From an uncultured SAR86 cluster bacterium (lineage in GTDB: Bacteria > Pseudomonadota > Gammaproteobacteria > Magnimaribacterales > TMED112), in the NCBI GenBank assembly GCA_902579195.1, contig CACHFV010000001.1, positions 9,089 to 73,088 on the forward strand: a stretch of 64,000 nt of DNA, given 5' to 3'. The translations under genes and the position numbers were made by a program. The notes under the pieces were generated by a model that saw only the letters and a program-made list of their open reading frames with translations, had not been told where the DNA came from and searched no databases. Positions within the stretch are counted from its first letter, which is position 1; each line of letters begins with the position of its first letter. Below, in pieces: positions 51,010-60,795 of the stretch.

Positions 51010-52206
51010 ATGAATATTTTAGAACAAATTAGTAAAGAACTCCCCTGGCTTGAAGATAAAGTCTCATATGATCTGACCAGAGGAAAACCATCAAGCGATC
51101 AATTAGATATTTCACAGCAATATTTAGAGGAAATAAATCAGCCTTATCAGATGGATGGAGTGGATATACGAAATTATGGCCTGCCTGAAGGGTTGCCATC
51201 GGCAAAAGCTTTGGGTGCAGATATAATGGGCACTTTAGCAGAAGAGACGCTGGCATTGGATAATTCGTCTTTATCATTAATGCAGCAGATTTTGTCATGC
51301 GGTTATTTCCTGGGGTTCGATAAAGCAAAACTTGACCAAAGCAGCAAATTTATTTGTCCTGTGCCAGGCTATGATAGGCATTTTAAGCTGTTAGAAAATT
51401 TTGGTTTTGAAATGATATCCATACCTTTTGCGGATGATGGTCCTGATCTACAAGCGTTAGCTCAGGTTCTTGAGCAAGAAGCTAATGCTGCCGGCATAGT
51501 TTGTGTGCCTAGACATTCAAATCCTACAGGGCACTCATATTCCGATGCCAATGTAACTGAAATGTTCAATCTGATTTCACAAAAGAAAGATAATTTTATG
51601 ATTCTTTGGGACAATGCGTACGCATGTCATGACCTAAAACCTACAATCAAACAGAGCAGCGCTAATGAGATTGCAAAAAACTGTGGAGTCTGGGATAACT
51701 TGTTTCATTTAAGCTCAACTTCAAAGATAACCCTTGCTGGTTCTGGCATTGCATTTTTATCAATGTCTTCTCCAAATATAAATCAATTCATTGATTATAG
51801 AAACTCTGTGACTCCCGGACCAAATAAAATGAATCAAGGCCTGCATGTCGAATATTTCAAAACTATCAGTATTGAAGAGCAGATGAATAAGCTTAAAGAA
51901 GTTATTTTGCCTAAATTTGAACTTACTGAGCAATACCTTAGCGAGCTTCAGCAAGAAGGGCTTTGTGAATACAAAAGCCCGACAGGCGGATATTTCTTCA
52001 CCTTTGATTCTACTTCTGGGAAAGCAGAAGAAATTATTGATCATTGTGACCAGCTAGGTTTGAAACTTCTACCTCTAGGCTCATGCCACCCAAATGGAAT
52101 AGACAGCGCTAATAGAACAATACGGATAGCGCCTACCTTCCCTGATTTACAATCTCTTGAAAGATGCATGCAAATCTTCTCAAAAGTTGTTAAATATTTG
52201 AACTAA
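51010..52206 (+). CDS. PLP-dependent aminotransferase (class I/II fold), specificity unknown
   Basis: 398 aa. CVPRHSNPTGHSY, WDNAYA, and LSSTSKITLAGSGIAF (candidate PLP Lys). Confidence 0.65.
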   Translation: MNILEQISKELPWLEDKVSYDLTRGKPSSDQLDISQQYLEEINQPYQMDGVDIRNYGLPEGLPSAKALGADIMGTLAEETLALDNSSLSLMQQILSCGYFLGFDKAKLDQSSKFICPVPGYDRHFKLLENFGFEMISIPFADDGPDLQALAQVLEQEANAAGIVCVPRHSNPTGHSYSDANVTEMFNLISQKKDNFMILWDNAYACHDLKPTIKQSSANEIAKNCGVWDNLFHLSSTSKITLAGSGIAFLSMSSPNINQFIDYRNSVTPGPNKMNQGLHVEYFKTISIEEQMNKLKEVILPKFELTEQYLSELQQEGLCEYKSPTGGYFFTFDSTSGKAEEIIDHCDQLGLKLLPLGSCHPNGIDSANRTIRIAPTFPDLQSLERCMQIFSKVVKYLN

Positions 52207-52232
52207 TTTTCTTTGACCATATCAAAGTAAGT

Positions 52233-52688
52233 ATGATGAAAAACTTACTTTATATTCTTTTATTTGCTGCTACATTTGCAATCTTCGCAGATGACCACAG
52301 GATGGGGCCTGAGATGAAACAGAAAATGTGGATGGCAAAAATTAAGCTTGATCTAGCAGAAATGAAGGGACCACGCTCTGTTGCAGAGGTAAAAGAGATG
52401 CGAGAAAACAGACTTGCTGATCTAGATTTGTTAATTAACTCTGGGAAATACAAAGCAGAACAACTTACAAGACTTGAAGGTGCTCGAGAAAGATTAATGA
52501 GCATGGAGCTTCCAACACAAGAAATGCTGAATGAACGTCATCAAACTCGTATTAAAAGAGTTAAACAGATGATGAAAAATAAAGCTCAGATGAGAAACGG
52601 CATGGACCGAGAAAGACAAAAAAGATGGATGCGTCAACGCGAACTTAGGGAGGACAGAGTTTTAAAGAATAAAAGACGTAAGTACTAG
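52233..52688 (+). CDS. secreted, highly basic helical protein, hypothetical
   Basis: Signal MMKNLLYILLFAATFAIFA, then a Met/Arg/Lys/Glu-rich helical sequence. No confident family. Confidence 0.45.
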   Translation: MMKNLLYILLFAATFAIFADDHRMGPEMKQKMWMAKIKLDLAEMKGPRSVAEVKEMRENRLADLDLLINSGKYKAEQLTRLEGARERLMSMELPTQEMLNERHQTRIKRVKQMMKNKAQMRNGMDRERQKRWMRQRELREDRVLKNKRRKY

Positions 52689-52691
52689 TTT

Positions 52692-53291
52692 TTAGTCGTC
52701 GTAATCTGCCCATAACAGATTAGCGGCCACTGACCTGAAAGGACGCCAGTCTCTTGCTAAGAAAGTCATATCCTCAATGCTTGGACGTTCTTTCAGGTTT
52801 TTTAATCGCCTAACCCCTTCTTGCAAACCTATATCGCCAACCGGCCAAATATCTTGCCTACCTAGACATGCCATTAAATAACAATCTGCTGTCCAAGCTC
52901 CAATGCCTTTTAACTGGCACATATATTTTTGTGCTACGACATCTTCCATTTTCTCCAAATCTTTAAAATCAAATTTTCCCGACAATTCTTGATCTGCTAC
53001 ACCTTTAAGATAATTAATCTTTGGTCTGCTCAAACCAGCTTTTCTTAAATCATTGTCAGAGAGATTAAGGAAATCTTTTGCGCAAACCTCATTCATTAAC
53101 AAAAAAACCTTTGTTTTGATTGAATTGGCAGCTGCAACGGATATTTGTTGTTCAATAATTAAAGCACATATGCCTGCAAAACCATCTGGCCTCAAAAAAA
53201 AGTCAATGTCATGATCGGGAACAAACCTTTTAAATTCTGGCTCAACTGTTAAAAGATGTTTTATACCATCCTGGAAGATATTTTGATTCAT
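52692..53291 (-). CDS. HhH-GPD DNA glycosylase (3-methyladenine glycosylase II/AlkA-like)
   Basis: Helix-hairpin-helix LKGIGAWTADCYLMACLGRQDIWPVGDIGL with the catalytic Asp position. Confidence 0.78.
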   Translation of the reverse strand: MNQNIFQDGIKHLLTVEPEFKRFVPDHDIDFFLRPDGFAGICALIIEQQISVAAANSIKTKVFLLMNEVCAKDFLNLSDNDLRKAGLSRPKINYLKGVADQELSGKFDFKDLEKMEDVVAQKYMCQLKGIGAWTADCYLMACLGRQDIWPVGDIGLQEGVRRLKNLKERPSIEDMTFLARDWRPFRSVAANLLWADYDD

Positions 53292-53932
53292 CCTTTAAGC
53301 AAACCATCTTGAATAAGCAATTTTTTGAAATCATCGAATCTATCTTGGCCAAAAAAAGTTTGGTTTTTATAAACAAGTAGCGGAACACCATGATGGCCTG
53401 CCAATTTTTGATCCTCCTGATTATTTTCAATCTGCTTTATTAGCTCATTTGTATTAGATTCAGTCTCTGCTTTAAGCGAATGATAATCTAAACCAATATT
53501 GCTGCATGCTTTTTCTAAGTTTGAAGTTTCATTCCAGCCTTTTTTGGTCCCAAAAACTAAACGTGATAGCTCATATGCAAGCTCTAGTCCCACACCCATA
53601 TTATGTGCCTGCTGGCCTAAGTGACATAAATCAAAAATATAAGGTTGATGAGCATAAATTTTACCTGTTAGGTAGCTTTGTTGTATGGGGTCTGGTTTTG
53701 GCGTATAGAATGGCATTTCAAGTCTCTTTGCTACTCTTCGCATGTCAATCATTTTATGACTAAAAAATGTTAAGAAATTTTTTCCTTTAAAAAACTCTGG
53801 TTGACGAATTGCCAGTGGATAAACAAGTTTAAACTCAATATCAATATTATGGTTTTGCTTCAAATCTATAACCCGAGGCAAAATAAGATAAGAATATGGA
53901 CTCCTATAAGAAAAATAAAAATCTACCCTCAT
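53288..53932 (-). CDS. DsbA-fold 2-hydroxychromene-2-carboxylate isomerase family protein
   Basis: N-terminal VDFYFSYRSPYSYL signature of the HCCA isomerase/DsbA-like family. Confidence 0.7.
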   Translation of the reverse strand: MRVDFYFSYRSPYSYLILPRVIDLKQNHNIDIEFKLVYPLAIRQPEFFKGKNFLTFFSHKMIDMRRVAKRLEMPFYTPKPDPIQQSYLTGKIYAHQPYIFDLCHLGQQAHNMGVGLELAYELSRLVFGTKKGWNETSNLEKACSNIGLDYHSLKAETESNTNELIKQIENNQEDQKLAGHHGVPLLVYKNQTFFGQDRFDDFKKLLIQDGLLKG

Positions 53933-53936
53933 AAGC

Positions 53937-55556
53937 TTAATTTGTAACCCAAACTGATTCTTCGTCTTCGCTATAGCCTTCTTCTACTGCTTCTTTTAAA
54001 TTTCTATCTACATCAACATTGGCAAGTAAAGGCGGTTTATAAATGAAGTTTTTAGCTCCTTCAGAGTGTTGGTTTATGAGCGCCATTAGCTCGTATACTT
54101 TTTCAGGATGTTTATCAGAAAGTTCAAGTTGTTCAGTGGGGTCATCTGCCAAGTTGAATAACCATTTTTTCTGTGAGTATTCTTCTACTTGAAGTTTCCA
54201 GTTATCTTTGATTGCCACTTTGTTATGTCCAGTTTTCCAAAAAATTGGCCTTTGATTAAGATCATACTCATCGGCAAACAGATCAATCCCATCAACACTA
54301 TGTGTTAACTCTTGATTAATTAGCCCATGGATTGTTGGCATAATATCAATATGCATTGCTCTTTGAGCAACTTCTTGTGATGCAATGCCATCCTTCCAAA
54401 ATATAAGTGGCACTTTGATTCCACCTTCAAATAATGTCAGCTTCCAACCACGATAAGGAGAATTAATGTATCTAAGACCAATATAGTTAGCACCACCATT
54501 ATCGCTTGTAAATATAATCCAAGTATTCTTGCTTAACCCATTGGCTTCTAACGATTCAACAATGCGGCCTACGCTTCTGTCTAGTGACATGATCATTGCT
54601 GCGTAAACTCTTTCAATGTGGTTATCAATATGTGTCAGTTTGTCATAGTCAGATTTTAGTGCTTGAAGAGGAGTGTGTACTCCCCAATGCGCAAGGTACA
54701 AGAAAAATGGTCTGTTTTTGTTTGCCTCAATAACCTTGAGTGCTTCATCAGTATAGTAATCTGTTAAATAGCCTTTAGGCTCAAACCAATTATCTCTCTC
54801 AGAGCTTTCGTTAAATGAAGCTGCGTAATCTAAAATAGCCCATAAAAATTTATCAATCGGATCCCATGGCAGATAAGCATTTACCACATTAGGGTCATCT
54901 TCTGGAAGAAATAAACCACTTGCCATCATTAAGCTTTCATCGAAGCCTTGCGAAAGTGGCGCAAAATTTGGGCCCCGTCCAAGATGCCATTTGCCTATAT
55001 GAGCGGTATAGTACCCTGCATCTTTTAGCGTTTCCGCAAATGTAATTTCCTCTGCAGGCAAGCCCTGATTATCAAATAGAGGATTGCTCTCAACGCTTTC
55101 AGCCATATATCTTGTCTCTTCTGGGTTAAAAAGGTTAATAGCTCTCGCCATGCCATCGGGCACAGGAGTGAACTCATATCCAGTTGATGTTGCATATCTG
55201 CCAGTCACAATCATCCCTCTTGATGGGGCACAAGTTGCACTGCCAGAATAGGCATTCTTAAATTTGATTCCTGAATTTGCAATAAAATCTATATTCGGCG
55301 TATGCATTGTGCCTGATGGATCAAGGTCATCATAATCAGTCATATCATTGATCCCCAAATCATCAGCCACAATCACAATAACATTGGGCCTATCATCTGA
55401 TCTTGTATCTGGTCCTTGTTGCCAAACAATTTCTTGGTTAGGGCCAACATTATCCTTTGGAGCTGCTGTTTGAACTAATAACCAAAAAAGCATGTCTTTC
55501 CAGAAGATAAGACCTAGCCCAAGAAAAGCCAAAGCAACTATTAGTATTTTTTTCAT
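53937..55556 (-). CDS. formylglycine-dependent sulfatase (N-terminally anchored)
   Basis: PNVIVIVADDLG and the C-x-P-x-R motif (SATCAPSRGMIVTGR); GKWHLG; N-terminal hydrophobic anchor. Confidence 0.88.
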   Translation of the reverse strand: MKKILIVALAFLGLGLIFWKDMLFWLLVQTAAPKDNVGPNQEIVWQQGPDTRSDDRPNVIVIVADDLGINDMTDYDDLDPSGTMHTPNIDFIANSGIKFKNAYSGSATCAPSRGMIVTGRYATSTGYEFTPVPDGMARAINLFNPEETRYMAESVESNPLFDNQGLPAEEITFAETLKDAGYYTAHIGKWHLGRGPNFAPLSQGFDESLMMASGLFLPEDDPNVVNAYLPWDPIDKFLWAILDYAASFNESSERDNWFEPKGYLTDYYTDEALKVIEANKNRPFFLYLAHWGVHTPLQALKSDYDKLTHIDNHIERVYAAMIMSLDRSVGRIVESLEANGLSKNTWIIFTSDNGGANYIGLRYINSPYRGWKLTLFEGGIKVPLIFWKDGIASQEVAQRAMHIDIMPTIHGLINQELTHSVDGIDLFADEYDLNQRPIFWKTGHNKVAIKDNWKLQVEEYSQKKWLFNLADDPTEQLELSDKHPEKVYELMALINQHSEGAKNFIYKPPLLANVDVDRNLKEAVEEGYSEDEESVWVTN

Positions 55557-57271
55557 CGTCTTCTAAAAATAATAACAGCAATAACTGTCAGTATTAAAAA
55601 TATTAAAAAGGCCAGTCGATAAATTGCACCAGCATTTCTTTTAAGGGTATTAGTTAGCATTTCATCTGCCCAGTTATAATCTGGTGGCAGCTCAATAACA
55701 CCATTGGTTTCAACATATTTATCATATGCAGTTATGAGTTCCATTAGTTTTTCTGGCATATCATGGGCCAGATTATTTGTTTCTCCAGGATCATCTGAAA
55801 TATTAAATAGTTCCCACTTGTTTGTGCCATTTGGTGGTCGATTTCTGACAATCTTAAAGTCTCCTTTAAAAAGTGCAGAATTACCAGTCACTTCAAGACC
55901 GACTGCTTCAGAATCTGAGTAAATCTTCTTAGTTGATCCGGCAAGAGCATCACGAAGTGACTTTCCAATTATTCGCTCGTCTACAGTTCCAAAGACTATA
56001 TCGTTAAGAGTTGCTGCGATGTCAGTAACAAAAGTGAAATTTTCATTAAGACCGCTTTTTACACCTGGGCCACTAATAATTAGAGGTACTCTTAATCCAC
56101 CCTCTGACATATGGAACTTAAAAAGATGGCTTGGGCTTGCCATGGCTTGGGCAAATTCGGTTCCAATAAACACATAACTATCTTCACCACCCAAAGTTTC
56201 ATAATCGCGATTATAGCTTGTAGTTTTAAGCCAGTTGCGCCAAGCTTCATGTTCACTTGGGTCGTTACCTTCTGGACCATTATCAGCAGTGACAATGAAG
56301 ATAGTATTTTCATAGAGCCCTTGTTCTTTCAAATAAGCTATAAGCCTGCCAATATGAAAATCCATGGCATCGAGCATGCCTGCAAAAACTGCCATGCTTT
56401 TGACTAAAATCTTTTTATCTTCATCGCTAATCTCAGACCAGCTATCAAAGGATGATAAAGAATCAACTATCTCTTTATCTGATGGGAAAATACCATTCTC
56501 TACAGCTTGCTTCTTTCTCTTTTCCCTTAAATCGTGCCATCCAGATTTGTATGTGTCTAAGTACTTATTAATAAATTCTTGGGGAGCTTGCAAAGGAATG
56601 TGCTGAGCTTGAAAAGATACATATGAAAAGAAAGGAGCATCATCCGTTATATCTTCATCAATGAATTCAATCATTTGATCAACAAAGAATTCACTGGAAT
56701 AGAAATCTTCGGGCAATTCTGTTTCTTGTCCGTTTTTGAACCAAGGCGATTCTGAATAATAAGGCAAATATGAGTGGTGATTAAAATTATTGCCACCAGT
56801 AGCATCCAAAATGAATGTTTTATCAAAACCACGATTGTGCGGTAACGCTGCTGTTTCACGCCCACCAAAGGCTAAATGCCATTTACCAGTCATATAGGTC
56901 TTGTAGCCAGCAGGCTTTAACATCTCAGCAATAGTCAGAGCATCATCCCGCAAATAACCTTCATATCCAGGTGTGTCATGATATTTCCAAGGCAAAACTT
57001 CTGGAATCATTGGCAGCCCGGTATTGTGATTGTCCATACCAGTCAACAACATAGCTCTAGACGGCGCACACTCAGATGTGGTGTGATAATTGGTAAACAT
57101 CATCCCCCCATTTGCTAAGGCATCCATATTGGGAGTGTCTATTTCACCACCAAATGCTTGTAGATCTGTGAGACCAAGGTCGTCTATCAGAATCAAAACA
57201 ATATTTGGTTTTTTGCTTTCCCCATGAATCCCCATAGCAAGCAAAAGCGCTGCTAATAGAAACAATCTCAT
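55553..57271 (-). CDS. formylglycine-dependent sulfatase (signal peptide plus C-terminal TM anchor)
   Basis: PNIVLILIDDLG, SECAPSRAMLLTGM (C-x-P-x-R), GKWHLA. C-terminal LAFLIFLILTVIAVIIFRRR. Confidence 0.88.
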   Translation of the reverse strand: MRLFLLAALLLAMGIHGESKKPNIVLILIDDLGLTDLQAFGGEIDTPNMDALANGGMMFTNYHTTSECAPSRAMLLTGMDNHNTGLPMIPEVLPWKYHDTPGYEGYLRDDALTIAEMLKPAGYKTYMTGKWHLAFGGRETAALPHNRGFDKTFILDATGGNNFNHHSYLPYYSESPWFKNGQETELPEDFYSSEFFVDQMIEFIDEDITDDAPFFSYVSFQAQHIPLQAPQEFINKYLDTYKSGWHDLREKRKKQAVENGIFPSDKEIVDSLSSFDSWSEISDEDKKILVKSMAVFAGMLDAMDFHIGRLIAYLKEQGLYENTIFIVTADNGPEGNDPSEHEAWRNWLKTTSYNRDYETLGGEDSYVFIGTEFAQAMASPSHLFKFHMSEGGLRVPLIISGPGVKSGLNENFTFVTDIAATLNDIVFGTVDERIIGKSLRDALAGSTKKIYSDSEAVGLEVTGNSALFKGDFKIVRNRPPNGTNKWELFNISDDPGETNNLAHDMPEKLMELITAYDKYVETNGVIELPPDYNWADEMLTNTLKRNAGAIYRLAFLIFLILTVIAVIIFRRR

Positions 57272-57315
57272 CTTAGTATGGTAAAGTTTTTAGATTATTT
57301 GTAAAACTGCCAAAG

Positions 57316-58344
57316 ATGGAAATAAAAAGATTTGAGCACATCTCTGAGAGACACAAAACCTCATACTTGTCATGTGGGCCTGTCGATGCTCAACCCATCA
57401 TAATGCTTCATGGCTGGCCAGATTTATCGATTGGGTGGGAAGAGCAACTAAAATTTTTTGGCGCTCAAGGTTATCATGCTATTGCGCCTGATATGAGGGG
57501 CTACGGTTCATCATCAATCCCAGAAAATCACAGTGACTATTGTATGAGAGAGATAGTTGAAGATATGATCGAACTGCTTTCCTCCTTAGGGCACAAAGAG
57601 GCAATCTGGGTAGGGCATGATTGGGGCTCTCCTGTCGTCTGGAATATTGCGCTTCACCATCCAGAAGTAGTTAAAGGCTTAGTAAGTTTATGCGTTTCTT
57701 TTGGCTGGGGAGGTCACCCAAACAGCTACTTATCAACAGTTAATAGAGCTACATATCCTATAGATGAATACCCCTACGGCCAATGGGATTACATGTTTTT
57801 CTACTTAGATAATTTTGAACTGGTGCTTGAACAAATGGAGGAAGACTTAGAAAAATTTTTAGCAATCACATTTAGAAGACCATCAGACGAAACCATTAGC
57901 ATGTTCAACACAGCTGAAGGCTATAAATCGCCAACAGCCTTAATTACAAAAAATGGTGGCTGGTTTAGGCAAGATGGTTATCAGGGATTAAACTCCATGC
58001 CAGAGATTGCATTTGATAGACAAATCTTATCGGATGAGAAAGCACAATTTTATATAGACACATTTAAAAACAACGGATTGCGAGGCCCAAACTCATGGTA
58101 TATGAATGGCTCAAAGAATGACGATTATGCAAAAGAGCTTGGGGGATTTACCGCAATAACTAAACCTGTGCTTTTCATTGCAGGCGAAAATGATTCTGTG
58201 CTTACCCCGGAAACTAATTCACACAATGCGATGGCCTGCACTAACCTAACTGAAAAAAGTTTGCCAACTGGTCACTGGATGGCCATGGAAAAACCTCTTG
58301 AAACAAATAAGCTAATTGATGACTGGTTTAATTCAAATTTTTAA
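57316..58344 (+). CDS. alpha/beta hydrolase, epoxide hydrolase-like
   Basis: HGWPD oxyanion motif, nucleophile elbow GHDWGSPVVW, and C-terminal GHWM. Confidence 0.8.
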   Translation: MEIKRFEHISERHKTSYLSCGPVDAQPIIMLHGWPDLSIGWEEQLKFFGAQGYHAIAPDMRGYGSSSIPENHSDYCMREIVEDMIELLSSLGHKEAIWVGHDWGSPVVWNIALHHPEVVKGLVSLCVSFGWGGHPNSYLSTVNRATYPIDEYPYGQWDYMFFYLDNFELVLEQMEEDLEKFLAITFRRPSDETISMFNTAEGYKSPTALITKNGGWFRQDGYQGLNSMPEIAFDRQILSDEKAQFYIDTFKNNGLRGPNSWYMNGSKNDDYAKELGGFTAITKPVLFIAGENDSVLTPETNSHNAMACTNLTEKSLPTGHWMAMEKPLETNKLIDDWFNSNF

Positions 58345-58392
58345 TTGAACTTATTCATAATTTCTTTATCTTAAATAAAGGGGAAAATTGAT

Positions 58393-58878
58393 ATGAATGA
58401 AAAATATGTACAAGCACTAATAGTAGGGAGCCTAATAGGTGGAGCAATCCTGTTAAATGGCCATCTTAATAAACCAAAACTTCCGCCAATGCCTGGAAAA
58501 GCAATGGTGATTGCCCAAAATAAAGAAATGTCATGGAATGATGCAGATGGTAATGTTCATGTCATGGTCAAGAAGATGCCTGTAGACGAGCAAGCAATTG
58601 TGATGGAACAAAAAGGCAACATCAAAATATTAAAACTAAATGACGATGGCGATGAATTGGATATTAACATTGCTTTTGATGGTGATTTATCAGATTTATC
58701 AGATCTAGATGTACTTGAAGACTTAGAAAGCTTAGATAATATTGAGATTGATCTTGAAAATATCGATGAGATTGTTCAGGCTGCCGTCGGCTCGGTGACA
58801 GAAGCTTTGAAAGAAGTTAGTGAAAACGTTAAGGTTGAAGTCAAAGTTAAGAAGAAAGAATTTAAAGAAGAAGACTAG
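58393..58878 (+). CDS. hypothetical membrane-anchored acidic protein
   Basis: N-terminal TM (ALIVGSLIGGAILL) and an acidic D/E/L-rich repeat-like tail (DLSDLSDLDVLEDLESLDNIEIDLENIDEI). Confidence 0.5.
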   Translation: MNEKYVQALIVGSLIGGAILLNGHLNKPKLPPMPGKAMVIAQNKEMSWNDADGNVHVMVKKMPVDEQAIVMEQKGNIKILKLNDDGDELDINIAFDGDLSDLSDLDVLEDLESLDNIEIDLENIDEIVQAAVGSVTEALKEVSENVKVEVKVKKKEFKEED

Positions 58879-58909
58879 GTGCAGCTAATTTTTATTAAAA
58901 CCCAAAGAA

Positions 58910-59566
58910 ATGAAATTTGCAGTTCGTAAGATTCATAAATACTTAAGTTTTTTTATTTCTATTCAGCTGTTGTTATGGACAGTTTCTGGCATTTATTTTG
59001 CTTTTAATAAGATTGAGCAGATCAGAGGCGAGCAATATCGTGATCAAGAAAATATTTTTGTTGATTTAGCAGAATTTAATTTTCCCCTGCCTGCTTCGGC
59101 AGCTACAAAGTTTTTCAATAGAAATGGGGAAACCATAATGATTGTATCAACTGGTCTTGGCACTAGATATCTAGATAAGAAAGGTGCTGATGTTAGCATG
59201 CTAACAGATGATCAAGCCTTACAAATCGTGAAGGCCAATACAAATTTAATGCCAAAGTCTGCAGAAATTATAGATGAAGAAAAAGCTGGCTCAGAATACA
59301 GAGGCAGAGCATTACCTATCTATAAAGTGATTACTGATAATGATAAAGGTCATGAAATTAATGTTTACATTAATGTCTACTCAGGAGAAGTTTTGGCAAT
59401 CCGCTCGGCAGCATGGCGTATTTGGGATTTAATGTGGGGCTTTCATATCATGGATTGGCAAGAGCGCGATAATATTGACAATATCCTTCTCAAGGTTTTC
59501 TCAATACTTGCCTTAATTAGTTCAATAACAGGTGTTTTATTGTTTTTTAGAGTCGACAACAAATAA
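58910..59566 (+). CDS. PepSY domain membrane protein
   Basis: Two terminal TM helices flank a PepSY-like segment (ALPIYKVITDNDKGHEINVYINVYSGEVLA). Confidence 0.6.
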   Translation: MKFAVRKIHKYLSFFISIQLLLWTVSGIYFAFNKIEQIRGEQYRDQENIFVDLAEFNFPLPASAATKFFNRNGETIMIVSTGLGTRYLDKKGADVSMLTDDQALQIVKANTNLMPKSAEIIDEEKAGSEYRGRALPIYKVITDNDKGHEINVYINVYSGEVLAIRSAAWRIWDLMWGFHIMDWQERDNIDNILLKVFSILALISSITGVLLFFRVDNK

Positions 59567-59573
59567 CTATCAT

Positions 59574-60587
59574 CTATATTTTGATTATTTGCTTTCCAAA
59601 GTTTTTGCCACTCAAGACATCTCTTAAAGCTTGCGGAGCATTTTCAAAACCATCTGTAATAGTCTCACGATATTTAATGTCCCCGTTTTTAAGATGATCA
59701 TGAAGCACCGATGTGGCTTCAACAAATTTATTCATCCACTCTGTAACAACAAAAAACCTATGTTCTGGCTTGGGGTTTAAAGCGCCCAGCACATGAAAGG
59801 GAGTTTCTTCAGAAGTTATGTTTGTAGAATTATATTTTGAAATAAATCCACACACTGGCACCCTGGCACCTTTATTTAAGTGCTTAGCTACACTTCTTGT
59901 AATATCTCCTCCGACATTCTCAAAATAAATATCAATGCCATTTGGGCAGTATTTTTGGAGTTTGTCAGCAACATTTTCATTTTTATAGTCAATGCACTGA
60001 TAAAACCCAAGCTCATTGGCAACATATTGTGATTTTTCCTGCCCCCCAGCAATACCAATCACTTTGCAGTTCATAAGTTTGCCTAGTTGACCAACCACAC
60101 TGCCTACTGCACCTGAGGCAGCAGAAACAACTAATGTTTCACCTGCTTTTGGTTTGCCTACATGCTTAAGACCAAAATAAGCTGTCCTTCCTGGCATGCC
60201 TAATGTCCCTAAAAAAACACTACTTGGTAAATTGCTTTTAGGAACCTTAATTATTGTAGGATCAGAGTCTTTAGCTTTTATATAAGTTTGCCAACCCTTA
60301 TGAACAGTTACTAAATCGCCAACATTATAATTTTTGGATTTAGATTCAACTACCCGTCCCACGCTTTCACCAACCATTACATCTCCTAGATTTAGGGGTG
60401 CTGCATATGAAAGCCCAGAATTCATGCGCCCTCGCATGTAAGGGTCAATAGACAAGTACTCAGCCTCAATTAAGATCTCATTATTCTTTAAATCAGTTAT
60501 GTTCTCTGTTTCTAATACCCAGCAGCTATCGCTTGGCATGCCTTGTGGCCTTTCGTTCAATAAAAATTTTGTATTTACGTAATTCAT
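59574..60587 (-). CDS. NADP-dependent oxidoreductase (MDR, alkenal/one reductase YncB/CurA-like)
   Basis: Cofactor motif VSAASGAVGSVVGQLGK; 337 aa; C-terminal GKNFGKQIIKI. Confidence 0.85.
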   Translation of the reverse strand: MNYVNTKFLLNERPQGMPSDSCWVLETENITDLKNNEILIEAEYLSIDPYMRGRMNSGLSYAAPLNLGDVMVGESVGRVVESKSKNYNVGDLVTVHKGWQTYIKAKDSDPTIIKVPKSNLPSSVFLGTLGMPGRTAYFGLKHVGKPKAGETLVVSAASGAVGSVVGQLGKLMNCKVIGIAGGQEKSQYVANELGFYQCIDYKNENVADKLQKYCPNGIDIYFENVGGDITRSVAKHLNKGARVPVCGFISKYNSTNITSEETPFHVLGALNPKPEHRFFVVTEWMNKFVEATSVLHDHLKNGDIKYRETITDGFENAPQALRDVLSGKNFGKQIIKI

Positions 60588-60704
60588 AGTTAGCTTTTCA
60601 GTTTCTTTCTAGCTTGAGATTTCATATAAATATTGAGAAGAAAGACCATCATTTTTGATGCGTAGGTGGCGAGGTGAATTTTTAAATTTTGCATTGCCCT
60701 AAAA

Positions 60705-60780
60705 TGGTGCCCAGAGGTGGAATCGAACCACCGACACAAGGATTTTCAGTCCTTTGCTCTACCAACTGAGCTATCTGGGC
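60705..60780 (-). tRNA. tRNA-Phe (anticodon GAA)
   Basis: The reverse complement reads GCCCAGATAGCTCAGTTGGTAGAGCAAAGGACTGAAAATCCTTGTGTCGGTGGTTCGATTCCACCTCTGGGCACCA. It folds as a cloverleaf with a 7-bp acceptor stem, a CT-GAA-AA anticodon loop, the T-loop GGTTCGATTCC, and an encoded CCA. Confidence 0.95.
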
Positions 60781-60795
60781 ACAAGAGTGAATATA

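Noticed and set aside
59574-60780. tRNA-Phe as the boundary of an integrated genomic island.
   Set aside because: There is no integrase, no direct repeat of the tRNA 3' end nearby, and the flanking genes are ordinary metabolic genes.
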